Part shown: in pieces, positions 38,455 through 51,731 of the stretch
How positions within the stretch are numbered: position 1 is the stretch's first letter
Layout of the letters: every line of letters starts with the position of its first letter
Assembly: GCA_951406725.2 (NCBI GenBank)
Contig: OX597819.1
Location: 93,930,001 to 93,994,000 of the forward strand
DNA length: 64,000 nucleotides
Direction: 5' to 3'
Origin: Octopus vulgaris
Lineage: Eukaryota
Made by a program: the position numbers and the translations under genes
The notes under the pieces: model-generated
Told to the model about the DNA's origin: nothing
What the model saw: only the letters and a program-made list of their open reading frames with translations
The model's database searches: none

Positions 38455-38476
38455 TGATAATAATAATAATAATAAT

Positions 38477-38687
38477 GGTTTCAAATTTTGGTACAGGGCC
38501 AGCAGTTTTAGGGAAGGGGTATATCAATGACATCAACCCCAGTGATTAACTGGTACTTATTTCATTGACCCCTAAGGGACAAAAGGCAAAGTTGATCTCA
38601 GCAGAATTTGAACTCAGAACACAGAGATGAACGAAATGCTGCCAAACATTTTGTCTAGCATGCTAATGAGTCTACCCCATCACCACC

Positions 38688-38742
<55 letters not shown>

Positions 38743-39202
38743 TAATCCTTTCTACTATAGGCACAAGGCCTGAAATATTTGAGTGTGGAGTTCTAGTCGA
38801 TTACATTGACCTCGGTGCTCAATTGGTACTTTTTCATTAATACTGAGAGGATGAAAGGCAAAGTTAACTTCAGCGGAATTTGAACTCACAACATAAAGAA
38901 GAATGAAATGTCACTAAGCATTTTTTCCAACATACTAACAATTGTGCCAGCTCAACGCCTTACCTAAATAATAATAATGATAATAACTCTTTTTACTGAA
39001 GGCACAAGGCCTAACATTTTAGGAGAGGGGACTAGTTGATTACATCAATTCCAGTGTTTCACTGATACTTAATTTATCAATCCTGAAAGGATGAAAGGCA
39101 AAGTTGACCTCAGCGAAATTGGAACTCAAAACACAGACACAGACGTAATACTGTTAAGCATTTTGCCCAGCATGGTAATGATTCTGCCAGCCTACCACCC
39201 TA
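38477..39202 (-). mobile_element. Three tandem SINE A-related copies separated by (AAT)n
   Basis: Units at about 38477-38690, 38745-38962 and 38985-39202, each containing gaaaggcaaagttgac...gaactca. Confidence 0.8.
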
Positions 39203-41227
39203 ATAATAATGATAATAGTAATAATCATTTGTAACTTGAAACATTTATACCATTTTGCCACAAATTATGGAAAAAAAGGGAACAGATGACTTAAATGACT
39301 TGAGTAAATTATTTGGTACTGATTTTCTTGACTCATACAAAGATAAAATTCTGTGTCAACCACTTCATCGATACATTGAATTAAGTAGTCCCTGATATAT
39401 TTGACCATGTAGTGCCTGATACAGAAATAGGCAAGGCTGTCATTGCAGGGAAAGCTTTTTGTAAGACTGTTAAATCAGGACATGTTAGGTGCTAAACAAA
39501 GACAACAACAGAACACAATTTCTCAACCATAACAACAGCAACAACAACCAGCTGAGATCATAAATGAGAAATGGAAGAGTACTATCAATATAAAAAAAAA
39601 TAAAAGCTGGAGAAAAGAGGTAAAAAAAAATAACATCATTTATTCAATGAAGCGGCATTGAATATTCAATGATCACAGCCATTATACAGATATTTATCGA
39701 CTGAATATTAAATGACATGGACATTATATAAGCTCTTCCTGTTGAGGAAATATTCCAACAAAAAGTGGATGATGGTTTACAGACTGATTTGTTTATCATG
39801 TTCATTGTTGTTGTTGCTACTGCTGCTGCAACAGTTGTTGTTGTTGTTTAGTCCCAGGTCAGGTTTGATCAAGTGGAACTTATGATCAAAGGCATTCCAG
39901 CAATGACCAGTTGATCTTTCACTTTTGTTTTTCTTGTTTTTTTTTGTTTTGTTTTTTTTTCAACTATACTAAAGAGTCCCAGTGGACTCTATTATCTAAT
40001 GTATCAATTCTTTTCTATTTTTTTTTGTTGTTATTTTTGTTTTAGATAACAGGATATGATTTAAAGTCGATTTCATTGTCACTATATCAAGCAGATTGAA
40101 TGCCACATAGGGGTTCAGTTGTTAACTCGTATACTGAAGAGTTTATTTTTCTTCTTATATCTCAGTAACTCTCATCATTGTTCAAGGAACAAATGAAGTC
40201 CCTTACAAAATGATGGGGGCAGGGACAATTTGAGATAGATTTGGCTACTATTTCTAGCAGGCTGAATGACCACATAAAGGTTCCATCAATGGCTCATATT
40301 TGTTTTCATATCCAAGGAAACAGGGAGATGCATTTTATTCAAGGGTGCTGTCAGAAAAAAGTCTTTCCTGATGGAATATATTCCTTTAGCTATGTAAAGA
40401 AATCGATCAATATGGAGGTTGTACCATGGCTGTTAATTTTGTGATATTTGGTGGAGGGATTTAGTTCTGGTTGGCCATGATGAGGATGGTGTTGTTGGTT
40501 TAGTGCTAGTGAGGTGAAAGAAGAAGAATAGTGAAATGTATGGAATGCTGAGATGTCAGAAGATCAATTATTGAATGATATTATTGATATGTTGGTGGAG
40601 GTGATAGAAGAGATAGTGGTGTTGATGGATGGGGAGACCGGGGAAACACCTGATAATGGGAGAAGATAATAGCAGTTGACAGTGGCCTTGTGATGTTGGT
40701 GTATTGCCGGTGGGGGAGCTGGTTAAGGCAGTAGCAGTTGTGGTGGTATAGATAATTATTGTTATCATTGAATGAATACTAGTGCCAAGGACTATAGGGA
40801 CAATGTGGTGTTACTATATAAATATTAATAGCTGGAAGTCAACATGATTGCCACAAATATGAGACTATAGTGTTAATGGTAATAGTGTTGATAGTGGATG
40901 AACTGATAGTAATAGCTAACATCCTAATATTTACAAAAGAAAGGAGGAGGATTAATGAGACTTCAGAGCAGACAGGTGTGATGCTTAATGGCAATATATT
41001 AAATGTGTGACACTATTTGGAATTAGTCCCTATAAATTTCAAGTTCAAATCCCACCAGAATTATGTAGAGATATTTAGACCAGCTCTTTATTTCCTCAAG
41101 TAATAGCCTGCTAGAATTACTTCAGATGCTTATTATAATTTCATACATGTAGACATCAAACTCCCACCTGTGGATAATTGGGAAAACAATATTTTAATTT
41201 CTAAACTAAATAATAGATAGATAATTA

Positions 41228-41329
41228 GACAGACAGACAGACAGACAGACAGACTGACAGGCAGGCAGGCAGGCAGGCAGGTAGGTAGGTAGGTAGGTAG
41301 GTAGGTAGGTAGGTAGGTAGGTAGGTAGG

Positions 41330-41414
<85 letters not shown>
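41228..41414. repeat. Compound tetranucleotide array (GACA)n(GGCA)n(GGTA)n(GATA)n
   Basis: Direct reading. Confidence 0.95.
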
Positions 41415-41415
<1 letters not shown>

Positions 41416-43612
41416 TACACACATAAACATACACACGTGTCTGTGTGTATAGAAAAATACATATATACATACACACATATACATATAAATGTTGGAAGAA
41501 GTGCCACCTATTCTATTCATTTGAATTGAAAATGCCCTCAAACTAATGAAAGCAGTCTTGCAGTATCCCCAATCCTTCCCCCTCAGAGTACTGACCCTCA
41601 GGAATCTTCTCCATGTTTATATCTCACCTGCAGTGGTTTTAATGAAGCATTAATGATTTCAAACTCACTAATTTGAGTTGGCCTGAAAAAGGCATGGTTA
41701 CTCTCAGACTAGACAAGTAAGAAGAAGAAAAAAAAAAAGAATTGGTGTGGAAGCCTGCCAGAGAGACCAGCCTGTTTTTGGAACATAGACTTAATCTGTT
41801 GTGTTTTAACACCATCACCCAGTCCTTGGGCATCTTCATAACTATTCAGTTTGTTGCAAGCATTTGGACAAAGTCTCCAGTTTAAGGATGACTTCTTTTC
41901 TTCTTTGCTATCAATCATGGACACCATGAATGCTACCTTTCTTCTGATGATGAGTAAACCATTAAAAAACACAAAAGAGAAAGAGAAAAGCCATAGACTG
42001 TTAGAATAGATCAGAATTGGCTACAATTAATGAACAACATTAGACATCACTCACACACATCACTGTTAAATAATAAGTGTTATGAAGAGCATCCAAGATT
42101 CTATACAAATAATCAAATTTTCAGAAACATATGCCTTGTTGTTACATAGAAAAGTAGATATAAAAATGCAATAAAAAGAAATTATATGTTAATCCATCAC
42201 TTCAGGATCAATGACAGCCTCAGAATGGAAATCTAAAATGAGGAAATTAAAACTTGTTTTTTTTCACTTGTTTTTTTCTTTTTGTTTTCATTTTTTTTTT
42301 TCCGTTTTCAAAGTCTTTCCTTCAGGTTTGAAGAAAGTTATAATTAAACGCTGTTTCCATTAAATTGTACTGCAGTGAATGGATTGTTCCACATGAATTT
42401 TATTGTCATAGAATGTTCCAGATATTTTCCTTTGAGGAAATCATTATCTTCTGTTTCATTGTATTTCTATTAAAGAACATTTTTCTAAAGAGAATGTTCT
42501 GTACGCTTTCATTATAGATATTTAGACAGTTGCTTTATAACATGGTTATTCCATAGCAATAGTAAAACAGTTGTTTTCTACCATTGGCATCATGAAATAG
42601 TTTCATAATAAACTAGTTTATAAAGAATTAATTCTTCAGAGAAACAGTTATGTTCAGTGTGAAGTTTGTAATAATGGTATTCTTACAATTTCCATTCCTT
42701 GAATAATTGTCTGCTTTAAATTTATTATATTAAAACAAATAACACAACACATAGAGCTGTCTGTGAAGTTATGTAGTTAATTTTGCAACTGTGTGGTTCT
42801 GAGTTCTGTCCTGCTACACAGCACTTTGAACTGTTTTCCATTTTTGTTTATTACTGTGACTACAGTTGAACAAATCCAACTGCATGGGATTCCATACAGC
42901 TATTGTTTACAAAATTGGTAGACAGTAACTGCATTGCAATTTGGCACCCCAGCATAGCTGCAGTCCATGAAATGAGATGTTTAAATGAGTAAAAGGATAT
43001 AAAGATCACACATTTTCCCATCCATAAAGATATCATTTAAGACAAGAAATTATAACAGCAAATACCAAATGGTTTTCCCTACTTTCTGATATCAGCCAAG
43101 TCATAAGCATTGATTTCATGATGAAACAGCAACTTTCTTATTTCTCCATTTTGTTAATAAAAGTTACCATACTTGAGGATGCTATGTTCTAGAAGTTGAC
43201 ATAATGTAGCTTTTCTAGTTTACATGCTTAGAGCTTTTTTTTTTTTTTTTCGCAGCAAAAATAAAATAAATAACTTGTACAGGAATCCAGACAATTTTGT
43301 AACTGTGAGCAAAATTTTCTTGGAATTTCTTTCTGAGAATAATATAAAAGTGTCTAAATTTGTTTCCTTTTATTTATTTATTTTTTCCACTTTCCATTAT
43401 TCTCTTGTGTAGATTTGTTTGCAATGGAAAAAGTAAATAACTTCAATCCAAGAAAACATTCACATTTCCAACTTCTTTTTTTGCTAAAATACAAGTGTTC
43501 ATCTTTAATATTTTACACATTATGACATGTGCTTCTTCATATACACCCAGTTTTAATGCACTGATAGCAATTTTATAAAACTTTAGCGTAGTAGATTGAA
43601 TTCACCTTAATA

Positions 43613-45150
43613 TGGTTTAAAATTTTGGTACAAGGCCAGCAATTTCAGGGACAGGAGTAAGTTAATTATATCAACCCCAGTGCTCAACTTATATTTATTT
43701 CATCAGCCCCAAAAGTATGAACGGCAAAGTCAATCTCAGCAGAATTTAAATGTAGGAACGGATGAAATGTTACAAAGCATTTTGCCCAGCATGCTAATGA
43801 TTCTGCCAACTCACCATCTTTAAAGCCACCTTAATATAGTATTAGAACTTATGAAGTAATGAGGGGGGCTTCTGTTTCAGGGTTGTGAAACCAGCACTAA
43901 CAAATTCCTTTCTTTTATTGGAAGTCACTTCTTACAAGACAGTAAAGTAATATGACTGAATAAATCTTTTAGCATCTGCACCAGCCTCACAATTCTTCTT
44001 ATTATAATAATGATATATACGGTGGTGAACTGGCAGAATCATTAGCATGCCAGACAAAATGCTTAGCAGTATTTCAGCCGTTGCTACATTTTGAGTTCAA
44101 ATTCCACCAAGGTCAACTTTACCTTTCATCCTCTTGGGGTCGATAAAATAAGTACCAGTTGAACGCTGGCAGCGATGTAATTGACTCATCCCATCCTCCA
44201 AAATTGCTGCCCTTGTGGAAAAATTTGAAACCATTATAACAATGCTTTAACTGAAAAAATATCTTGTTCTAATATACGATAATGAGGGAGTTATTCAGGA
44301 TTATCTTTTGAAAGATGTGACCTGTAACAGTTTCAACTTTTGGCATAGCTTCAGCAATTTTTAGCAGAGAGCATATGTCAGTTACATCAGCCACAGTGCT
44401 CAACTGGTACTTATTTTATCAATCCCAAAAAGGAGGAAAAACCAAACAAGTTGACCTCAGTCAAATTTGAACTCAGAATGCAAACAGCTGGAATAAATGC
44501 TGCTAAGCATTCTGGGTAATGATTCTGTCAGCTCATTGCCTTAGCAATGATTTCAGATTTTGGTGCAGGGCCAGCAATTTCAGAGGAAAGGCTTAGTGAA
44601 TTAGATCGATGCCAGTGCTGAACTAGTACTTATTTTATAAACTCTGAAAGGATGAAAGGCAACATCAACACTGGCAACATTTGAACTCAGAACATAAAGA
44701 CGGATGAAATACTGCTAAGCATTTTACCTGTAGTGCTAAGGATTCTCATTTCTTTACTGCCCACAAGGGGCTACACACAGAGGGAACAAACAAAGACATA
44801 CAAACGGATTAAGTCGATTATATCGACCCCAGTGTGTAACTGGTACTTATTTAATCGACCCAGAAGGGATGAAACGCAAAGTCGGAATTTGAACTCAGAA
44901 TGTAAAGACAGATGAAATACTGCTAAGCATTTTGCCCAGCATGCTAACATTTCTGCCAGCTCGCCGCCTTTTTTTTATTGTATGTAGCGAACGTTTCTTA
45001 TTTCTTTATTGCCTACAAGAGACTAAACATAGAGAGGACAAACAAGGACAGACAAACGGATTAATTCAATTATATCGACTCCAGTGTGTAAATGGTACTT
45101 AATTTATCGACCCCGAAAGTGCTAATGATTCTGCTAGCTCACTGCCTTAA
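43613..45150. mobile_element. Cluster of about six SINE A copies, nested and in both orientations
   Basis: Approximately 43613-43820(-), 44020-44235(+), 44330-44543(-), 44548-44745(-), 44745-44970(-) and 44995-45150(-). Confidence 0.8.
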
Positions 45151-45504
45151 TAATGGTGCCAACTTTTAATTCCCAATAAAGTCCATATTAATATTCATAA
45201 TAGAAAATTAGAATTAACAACACAGACTCAGTTTCATCAATGTAATCATCACTATTGTCATCAAAAAGCAGAGTTTCAACAAGTCAACACTCAAACCTCT
45301 TAGTGGCTACTCAAACTCTCTAAAAAGAGCAGCAAAATGTTTTGATAGCAGCCCACCTGAAGCCATCCCTGGTTCCATGATACAAACCTATAGTTTTAAA
45401 GTAATTTAAGTTAAAATATTCCACCAAAATTTCAGCTAATTTATGTTCTAAACATTAGTTTAATAGTGACAGTTATTTGTGAAACTTTTCACTATTTTTA
45501 AAAC

Positions 45505-45605
45505 TATTGGGTTGTCCAGAAAGTTCGTGCCGATTTATAGTAGCTTACCTTTCGACTTATTTTAGAACATGGTTGAGTCCATAAAATAGGATTTGACTAC
45601 ATCTC
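45505..45605 (+). mobile_element. Solo mariner terminal fragment
   Basis: TATTGGGTTGTCCAGAAAGTTCGTGCCGATTT is a mariner-type TIR start; no partner TIR seen. Confidence 0.55.
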
Positions 45606-46249
45606 CAATAAGGGCTTGCCTCAAAACTAAACAAGAGTTTCAACTACTATTTATGAAATGAAATAAATTAACATAGAGGTAATATTTATTATACAATCTT
45701 GACTTTGACTGCAGTCTGAACATTTTATGCTCTCTCCACAATTCTATTTCTATGCCAGTAAATGTTGGTGGTGGGCACAAAGCAGTTGATAGTTATCTGT
45801 TTTTATTAGTTCTCAGAAATAAAAGTAATGAGGCTGTTGAATTTTTTGGAAAGAGAGTGCTTTAGTATAGAATTGCAGTAGTGTTCTAAGTGTTGTAGAT
45901 GTGTTCAGTGGGGAGTTTGCCAGTAAGTAGTTGAGACTATGGCAACAAACTGTGCCCATCGAATTTTTGGAGTTATTGTTTTACATTTGCAAAGTTGATA
46001 GTGGGTGTCAAAAATTTACCTTTACAAATCATTTGTGCAGTAATAATTTTCATTTAATTATTTAATTCCATAATTTTAATAGTTCTAAATAACAGAATCA
46101 TTCTAAATTCAACTCTATATACAATCAATTTGTTGTCCAAACTGGTTGATCAAGATTTACTCTCAACCACATTTTAAACTGCCCCTCAGCACAGACATTC
46201 CATCAATATTTTCTTAAAGCAGTTTGAGTATGATCAAACCTATGCTTTC

Positions 46250-47520
46250 TTTCATCTAGTTGTTCTAGGTCTTCATAGTCACCATTATAAGTGTTTTGTT
46301 GTTGATTTTCCCTTCTGGGTTAAGTAGATATGCTGTACAGCATTTTGTCAATTTATCATCATGTATTCTCTAAAGTCCAAAGATTTAAATATAATCCCAT
46401 ATCTTAGAATTTATTTCTCTTCTTCAAATATTTCACCAACAGCAGAGAGCAATTCTTCATTTCACATTAATCATCTATATATGTATTAAATGTCCATGCC
46501 AATATAGGTGTATAGGCAGCATATTTTAGCATCTACCTTTAATGTTCAGTTACTTTCTAATCTTACTGTTCTCCACTTTTCATGCAGATTAATTTTAAGC
46601 ATCCATTATACATACAGCTCTCTCCAGCTTGTACAGATCTTACATATACAATGTCCACATCACAATGTGCTGTGGTATCAATCTTTTCATACATCATACC
46701 TTCTCCATTCACATCCAAAGAGCAAGTCTTTATTATCAGTAAATGAAACATGTCCCTGAACTTTTCCATCCCTTCCTAACACAGTAAACTTTTTCCCTCC
46801 ATCCAAATAACATAAATTATCAGCTACATCTAGTTAGCTATCCAAACTGTCCATCATCTTCATTTCTTACTGATAACTATTTCTGTGCATTTAATACAGC
46901 CAAAGTTTTAATTCCCTGTCACTATACTTTGTGTTTCATTTCTAACACTAAGTACACAATATCCAGTTCCTACCAACTCTTTCCCTACATGTTTGACTAC
47001 TTCCTAGGTGGCAGCAGTATGTCATGCTCTGTTTTATTAATGAATACTTTGATGTTTGCCAAGTTGTCCTTTGGACCATTGGACTCTAGACCATGAGACA
47101 TTTTTGTAACTTTTTGCTAGATTTTTCTGTAAAAACCTGGTCATCAACATGCAAATCTTAAATTATAGATTCAAGAGCTATAAAAGACGATGAGTTCTGC
47201 TGAGCACTTCTCTGTATACAATAAATTTCTCACTGAACTCACCCCTGACTAGGGCCTTGATAGTAACACTTTCTTTAATAACATCATGACACTCATAATC
47301 TATTCATGCACACTTAGCACCCACCCGATTACAACATATGAGACTCTGTCCAAAGCTTCTGCAAGATTGTCAAATACAAAGAAGTGGTTTTTCTTTAGCA
47401 AAGAACTTCTCTTACAGATATTTCACTAAATAAAGGATGTGCTGTTCCACCACCAAAGTGGATGTTATATAGATCTATCCATCCAGAACTCATTTTGCTA
47501 AAAGCAATCTCAGACACTTT
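46250..47520 (-). mobile_element. Ancient RTE-clade LINE ORF relic
   Basis: Minus-strand peptides L*EKFFAKENHFFVFDNLAEALDRVS (~QEKxLAKxxxLYxAFVDLEKAFDRVP), DLHVDDQVF (~LLYADDL), MEKFRDMFHLL (~WxKFRELLPLL) and YWHGHLIHI (~RWYGHVxR). Confidence 0.7.
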
Positions 47521-48153
47521 CATATCATATTACAACAGTTTGATATATTTATAATTGTATCTGTCCAGTTAATCTTTGTTACTCTTGTAGTTATTAACAA
47601 TGACACTGTTCTGCCAGTTATTAATGATAGCACAATAATAACAACATGGTTAATAATATTATTAAATAGCACATGACTTACATATCTGGATAGTTTCAAT
47701 ACCTCAGTTATCAGCACCTTTCATTTTTGAGGAGAAGCAATACTTTTAATTTGCATCAGTTTCTTTAACCAAATTTTCTTAAATTCTCATTATACATTCA
47801 CCTGTATTTTATTCCCTTCCAATCTATACAAACTTTCTTTATTCTGCACTGAGGTCTTAGAGTCAATACAACATAAAATCTACACATTTTCTATAAAACG
47901 ATGTCCTCATAAAATTGCACAAATCTCTTTTTATTGATCTTTACATAAAGCAAATTTTGAACGTGCCAAATAAATATAGATTTCTTTATCCATTAATTTA
48001 TGATGAAATACTTGTAATTTCATTTGATGTAATGGTAATTTTGTTAATTATTTAATTTTTGATGTGACAAAGATTCTATCCTTTCATAAAACATACACAA
48101 TACACTTTTACATTTTTGTTATTTATTTCTCACTTTTCATATTTTATTTGCAG

Positions 48154-48305
48154 CCAGAAGAATTGACACAAGCATTAGAATACAGCAATATAGTCTTCAG
48201 TTTTCTTTTTGCTGTTGAGATGCTGCTCAAAGTTGCAGCATATGGTCTTTTTGGATATATTAGTGACGGGTTCAATTTATTTGACGGATTTATTGTAGTA
48301 TTAAG
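48154..48305 (+). CDS. Cav3: Cav3 exon, domain II S2-S3 (152 nt)
   Basis: Acceptor ttgcAG (48152-48153) and donor AG|gtaaga. Translates [50 protein letters not shown](S). The phase-0 start matches the previous exon end (YHNQ|PEEL). Confidence 0.97.
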
Positions 48306-49689
48306 GTAAGAGTGCTTTTTTTTTCCATTCTTGTCCCACAGTGTTTTTTATGTACTATTAAGTTTTTACTCTGTATATCAAAATAATATCAATAAATAAA
48401 TGCAATTTTCTGAAAATCAGATCAAGAAAGAAGCATTCAGTTTAAATTCAAAGGGAAAAAATCTTTTACATTTATCATTCAGTTAAACATTTAACCCAAG
48501 AATTGTTCATCATCAGCTTTTAATGTCCATCTTTCCTTCTGACACAGGCTGGGCAGTTGGGTAGAATCTGATGGGCCTGACAACTGCACCATGCTCCTAT
48601 GTCTGTTTTGGCATAGTTTCTATGACTGGATGTTCTTCCTAATTTCCAAACATATACAGAGTACTTTTTTCATAGCACCAGCACTAGTCATGTTACCATA
48701 AATACATGACCAAGGACTATTGACAAGAAACTGGATGTAAAATACTGGCTTATTTAATTTGACATTCTCTCCTCCATAGCAAAGTATCATTATCCCAATT
48801 AATGGAAATGATTTAGCACTCAGAATTCTCATCAGCACTTCATTTATCATTTAATCAAATAAAGATAATCTGATGCAAGTTTTCAAACAGTGCTTCCATT
48901 CCAGTTCAGCTCTTGATTTCATTTGTTACAAGCTGCAAAAATGTTTAAACTATTCAAAATAATACACTTCATCACACATTCGTCACACATTCTGACAATA
49001 GGCACACAATGAAACTAACATGCAGTGTAACCCACACAGCTCCTGCCACTTCAGGTTCAGTAGTTTGCAACAATCTAAATAAGTTAACAATAATACAAAA
49101 CATTACATTATCCTCAACAGCCTCATCATCATGGTTGTCTTCATCATGATCAACTGGCATCCTTCTTTTTCATATTGGGTGTGTCTCAGCATAGTCTCTA
49201 ATCATTTGTCACTTTTCATTGCTATCTCTCTTTCTGTCTCTCACACACACACACACACACACAACACACAACACACACACACACACACACACACACAGCA
49301 ATAACAATAACAACAGCAACAGGAGAGAAAAGCTACTAAGCTACGTTACTTTCCTTTTTGCCATTTAGTCTGAGAGAGTAAATCAGTGTCTATGGCTCCT
49401 TAATCTTTTCCCAGGGCCTTCGAAACTAGTTGAGGAAGACAGCCTCAAATCAGAGACCTGGCCCTAATACTAACAAGAAAGTGGGTGGGCAGGGGCAAGC
49501 AGTGACTATTATGGCTTAAAAATATAAGACTTAGCAACATTGCAAACTAAATAGAATTCCTAGAAATAAATTAAGAAGTTGTCAGCATTATCAAGAGTCA
49601 ATACAAAATGTATACAAAAAGTATATCATGAAATGAGAAAATATTTAATATTTCACCAACTGTATTTCATTCTCTGATGTAATTCCACA

Positions 49690-50065
49690 TTATCATCATC
49701 AAAATCATCATCATCATCATTTAATGTCCTTTGTCCATGCTAGGTCAAATGGTTTGACTGGGCTGGCATGCTGGAAGGCTGCACTAGACACCAGTCAGAT
49801 TTGGCATGGTTTTCTACAGCTGGATGCCCTTCCTAATGCCAACTGCACTGAGAGTATAATGGGTGTTTTTATGTGCTACCTGCACGGTGGCCCTTTGTGT
49901 GACACTGGGGTGCAATTTATGTACCACTGGCACAGGTGCCAGTTTATGTGACACCAGTATCTGCCATGACTGCAATTTTGCTTGACTTGATGGGTCTTCT
50001 TCTCAAGCATGACATAATGCCAAAGATCTTTGTCATTGCCTTTGTGAGGCCCAATGCTCAAAAGG
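49690..50065 (-). mobile_element. RTE 3' end (ORF end plus UTR)
   Basis: LGLTKAMTK/DLWHYVMLEKK leads directly into the family UTR and (GAT)n tail, showing that this UTR family belongs to an RTE LINE. Confidence 0.75.
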
Positions 50066-50286
50066 AATTCAGCCACTTTAGGGACAGAACAAATGGAACA
50101 ATATCTCATCACAATTTTTTATATATCTGGTACCTTTTAACTTTTATTTGTTACTGTCATTAGTCTGTGACTATGTTGAGGCACTGTCTTGAAGAGTTTA
50201 GCCAAAAAATTGCCCTACTACTTATTTTTTTCATAAAGCCTGGTACTTACTCTAAACCTTTGCTAAACGACTAAGCCACAAGGATT

Positions 50287-50332
<46 letters not shown>

Positions 50333-50419
50333 TATATATATCGTCTTCCCTTGATATACCTTCAGATGTTACATACCAACCTATCAGTTCATTTCAGCAG
50401 ACTCAAAGTGTGACTTTTT

Positions 50420-50513
50420 TCTCTGATGAAATTATGGTCATGTCAAATAAATGTAAATTTAATGCACAAATTTGTAATTGAATTATTGAGTATTAATTGA
50501 AATGGCTGTAAGA
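50420..50513 (+). ncRNA. Type I hammerhead motif with long stem II loop
   Basis: TCT-CTGATGA-AATTA...TAATT-GAAA-TGGCT-GTA-AGA. Stem III ATGGCTGT is a CpG-decayed form of the palindrome ACGGCCGT; GUA site at 50508-50510. Confidence 0.65.
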
Positions 50514-50584
50514 AGTAAAGATGGCCAATTTGTCAATAATAAATAATTATTAAACTTCCCACTCTTCATTTAACTTGATATATA

Positions 50585-50988
50585 ACTTGCTTGCGAAGAC
50601 CTGTTGGGGCAAGTGAAATCGAAGTCGAAATCGAAATCGGAATCGAACCAATCCTATGACTGGCACCCAGCAGATGCCAGGACCCCTGGACTGGTGGTAC
50701 GTAAAAAGCACTATTCGAATCGTGGCCGATGCCAGCGCCGCCTCGACTGGCTTCTGTGCCGGTGGCACGTAAAATGCACCAATCCGACCGTGGCCGTTGC
50801 CAGCCTCGCCTGGCACGTAAAAAGCACCCACTACACTCACAGAGTGGTTGGCATTAGAAAGGGCATCCAGCTGTAGAAACATTGCCAGATAAGACTGGAG
50901 CCTGGTGCAGCCTTCTGGCTTCCCAGATCCCCGGTTGAACCGTCCAACCCATGCTAGCATGGAAAGCAGACGTTAAACGATGATGATG
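50585..50988 (+). mobile_element. RTE 3' UTR with (GAT)n tail
   Basis: Same family as 24476-24903. Confidence 0.85.
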
Positions 50989-51014
50989 TTATATATATAT
51001 ACATATACATATAT

Positions 51015-51290
51015 ATAAGAAATTGAAATGACAAAGGAATAAACAACTATCTTGTGAACTTCATTAGCTTACATCAATTTCTGCTATAAGATGCAGCGGA
51101 CTCAATGCTTAAAGCTCTGATGAAGCTATAAGGTGATACTTAGACACTCAGCTATGAGTCAACTGCATCTCATTGCAGAAACAGCTGTAAGCCAATGAAG
51201 TTCATAAGATAATTGTTTATTCTAATGTCATCTTAATTTCTTATTACCGTTCTGTACTCACCTATTCTGAAGCATATGTGCATTTAGTTC
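51015..51290. mobile_element. Fold-back PLE-like insertion containing a hammerhead
   Basis: Left arm 51015-51103 is the reverse complement of 51156-51244; the right arm has an additional tail. Confidence 0.75.
51114..51192 (+). ncRNA. Type I hammerhead ribozyme, best preserved in the window
   Basis: GCT-CTGATGA-a-GCTATAAG...ctcattGC-a-GAAA-CAGCTG-TA-AGC. All core nucleotides are intact, stem III ACAGCTGT is palindromic, and the GUA site is at 51187-51189. Confidence 0.75.
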
Positions 51291-51344
51291 TACTCCAAGT
51301 TATTTGTATTGCAATGCCATAGCAAGATATTAATGTATATATAT

Positions 51345-51658
51345 ATCACCGTGATCACCGTGATTGACCAGGCTATCAGATGTTGCTAAACATCGCTAGT
51401 CACAATGCGCTTTGCATTGTTTTAGCCTTCAAATGACGCCACCTCGCTGGCTAAGCAAGCAGGCCAACAGAAGAAAGAGTGAGAGAAAATTGTGGCGAAA
51501 GAGTACAACAGGGGTCGCCACTACCCCCTGCCGGAGCTTCGTGGAGCTTTATGCTTTTTCGCTCAATAAACACTTACAACGCCCAGCCTGGGAATCAAAA
51601 CCACGATCCTACGACCGCGAGTCTGCTGCCCTAACCACTGGGCCATTGCGCCTCCACA
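51345..51658 (-). mobile_element. tRNA-derived SINE family D
   Basis: Minus-strand head gtggaggcgcaatggcccagtggttagggcagc. Confidence 0.85.
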
Positions 51659-51663
51659 TATAT

Positions 51664-51730
<67 letters not shown>

Positions 51731-51731
51731 T

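Noticed and set aside
39641-39671. 16-bp palindrome cattgaatattcaatg with an upstream partial copy
   Set aside because: Short and AT-rich; plausible by chance or micro-inversion without other support.
41639-41972. Coding-looking minus-strand segment
   Set aside because: No motif I could recognise and no splice support; probably an old TE fragment. BLASTX would be needed.
49418-49445. GAAACTAGTT palindrome resembling a hammerhead 3' half
   Set aside because: No matching CUGANGA and stem I upstream.
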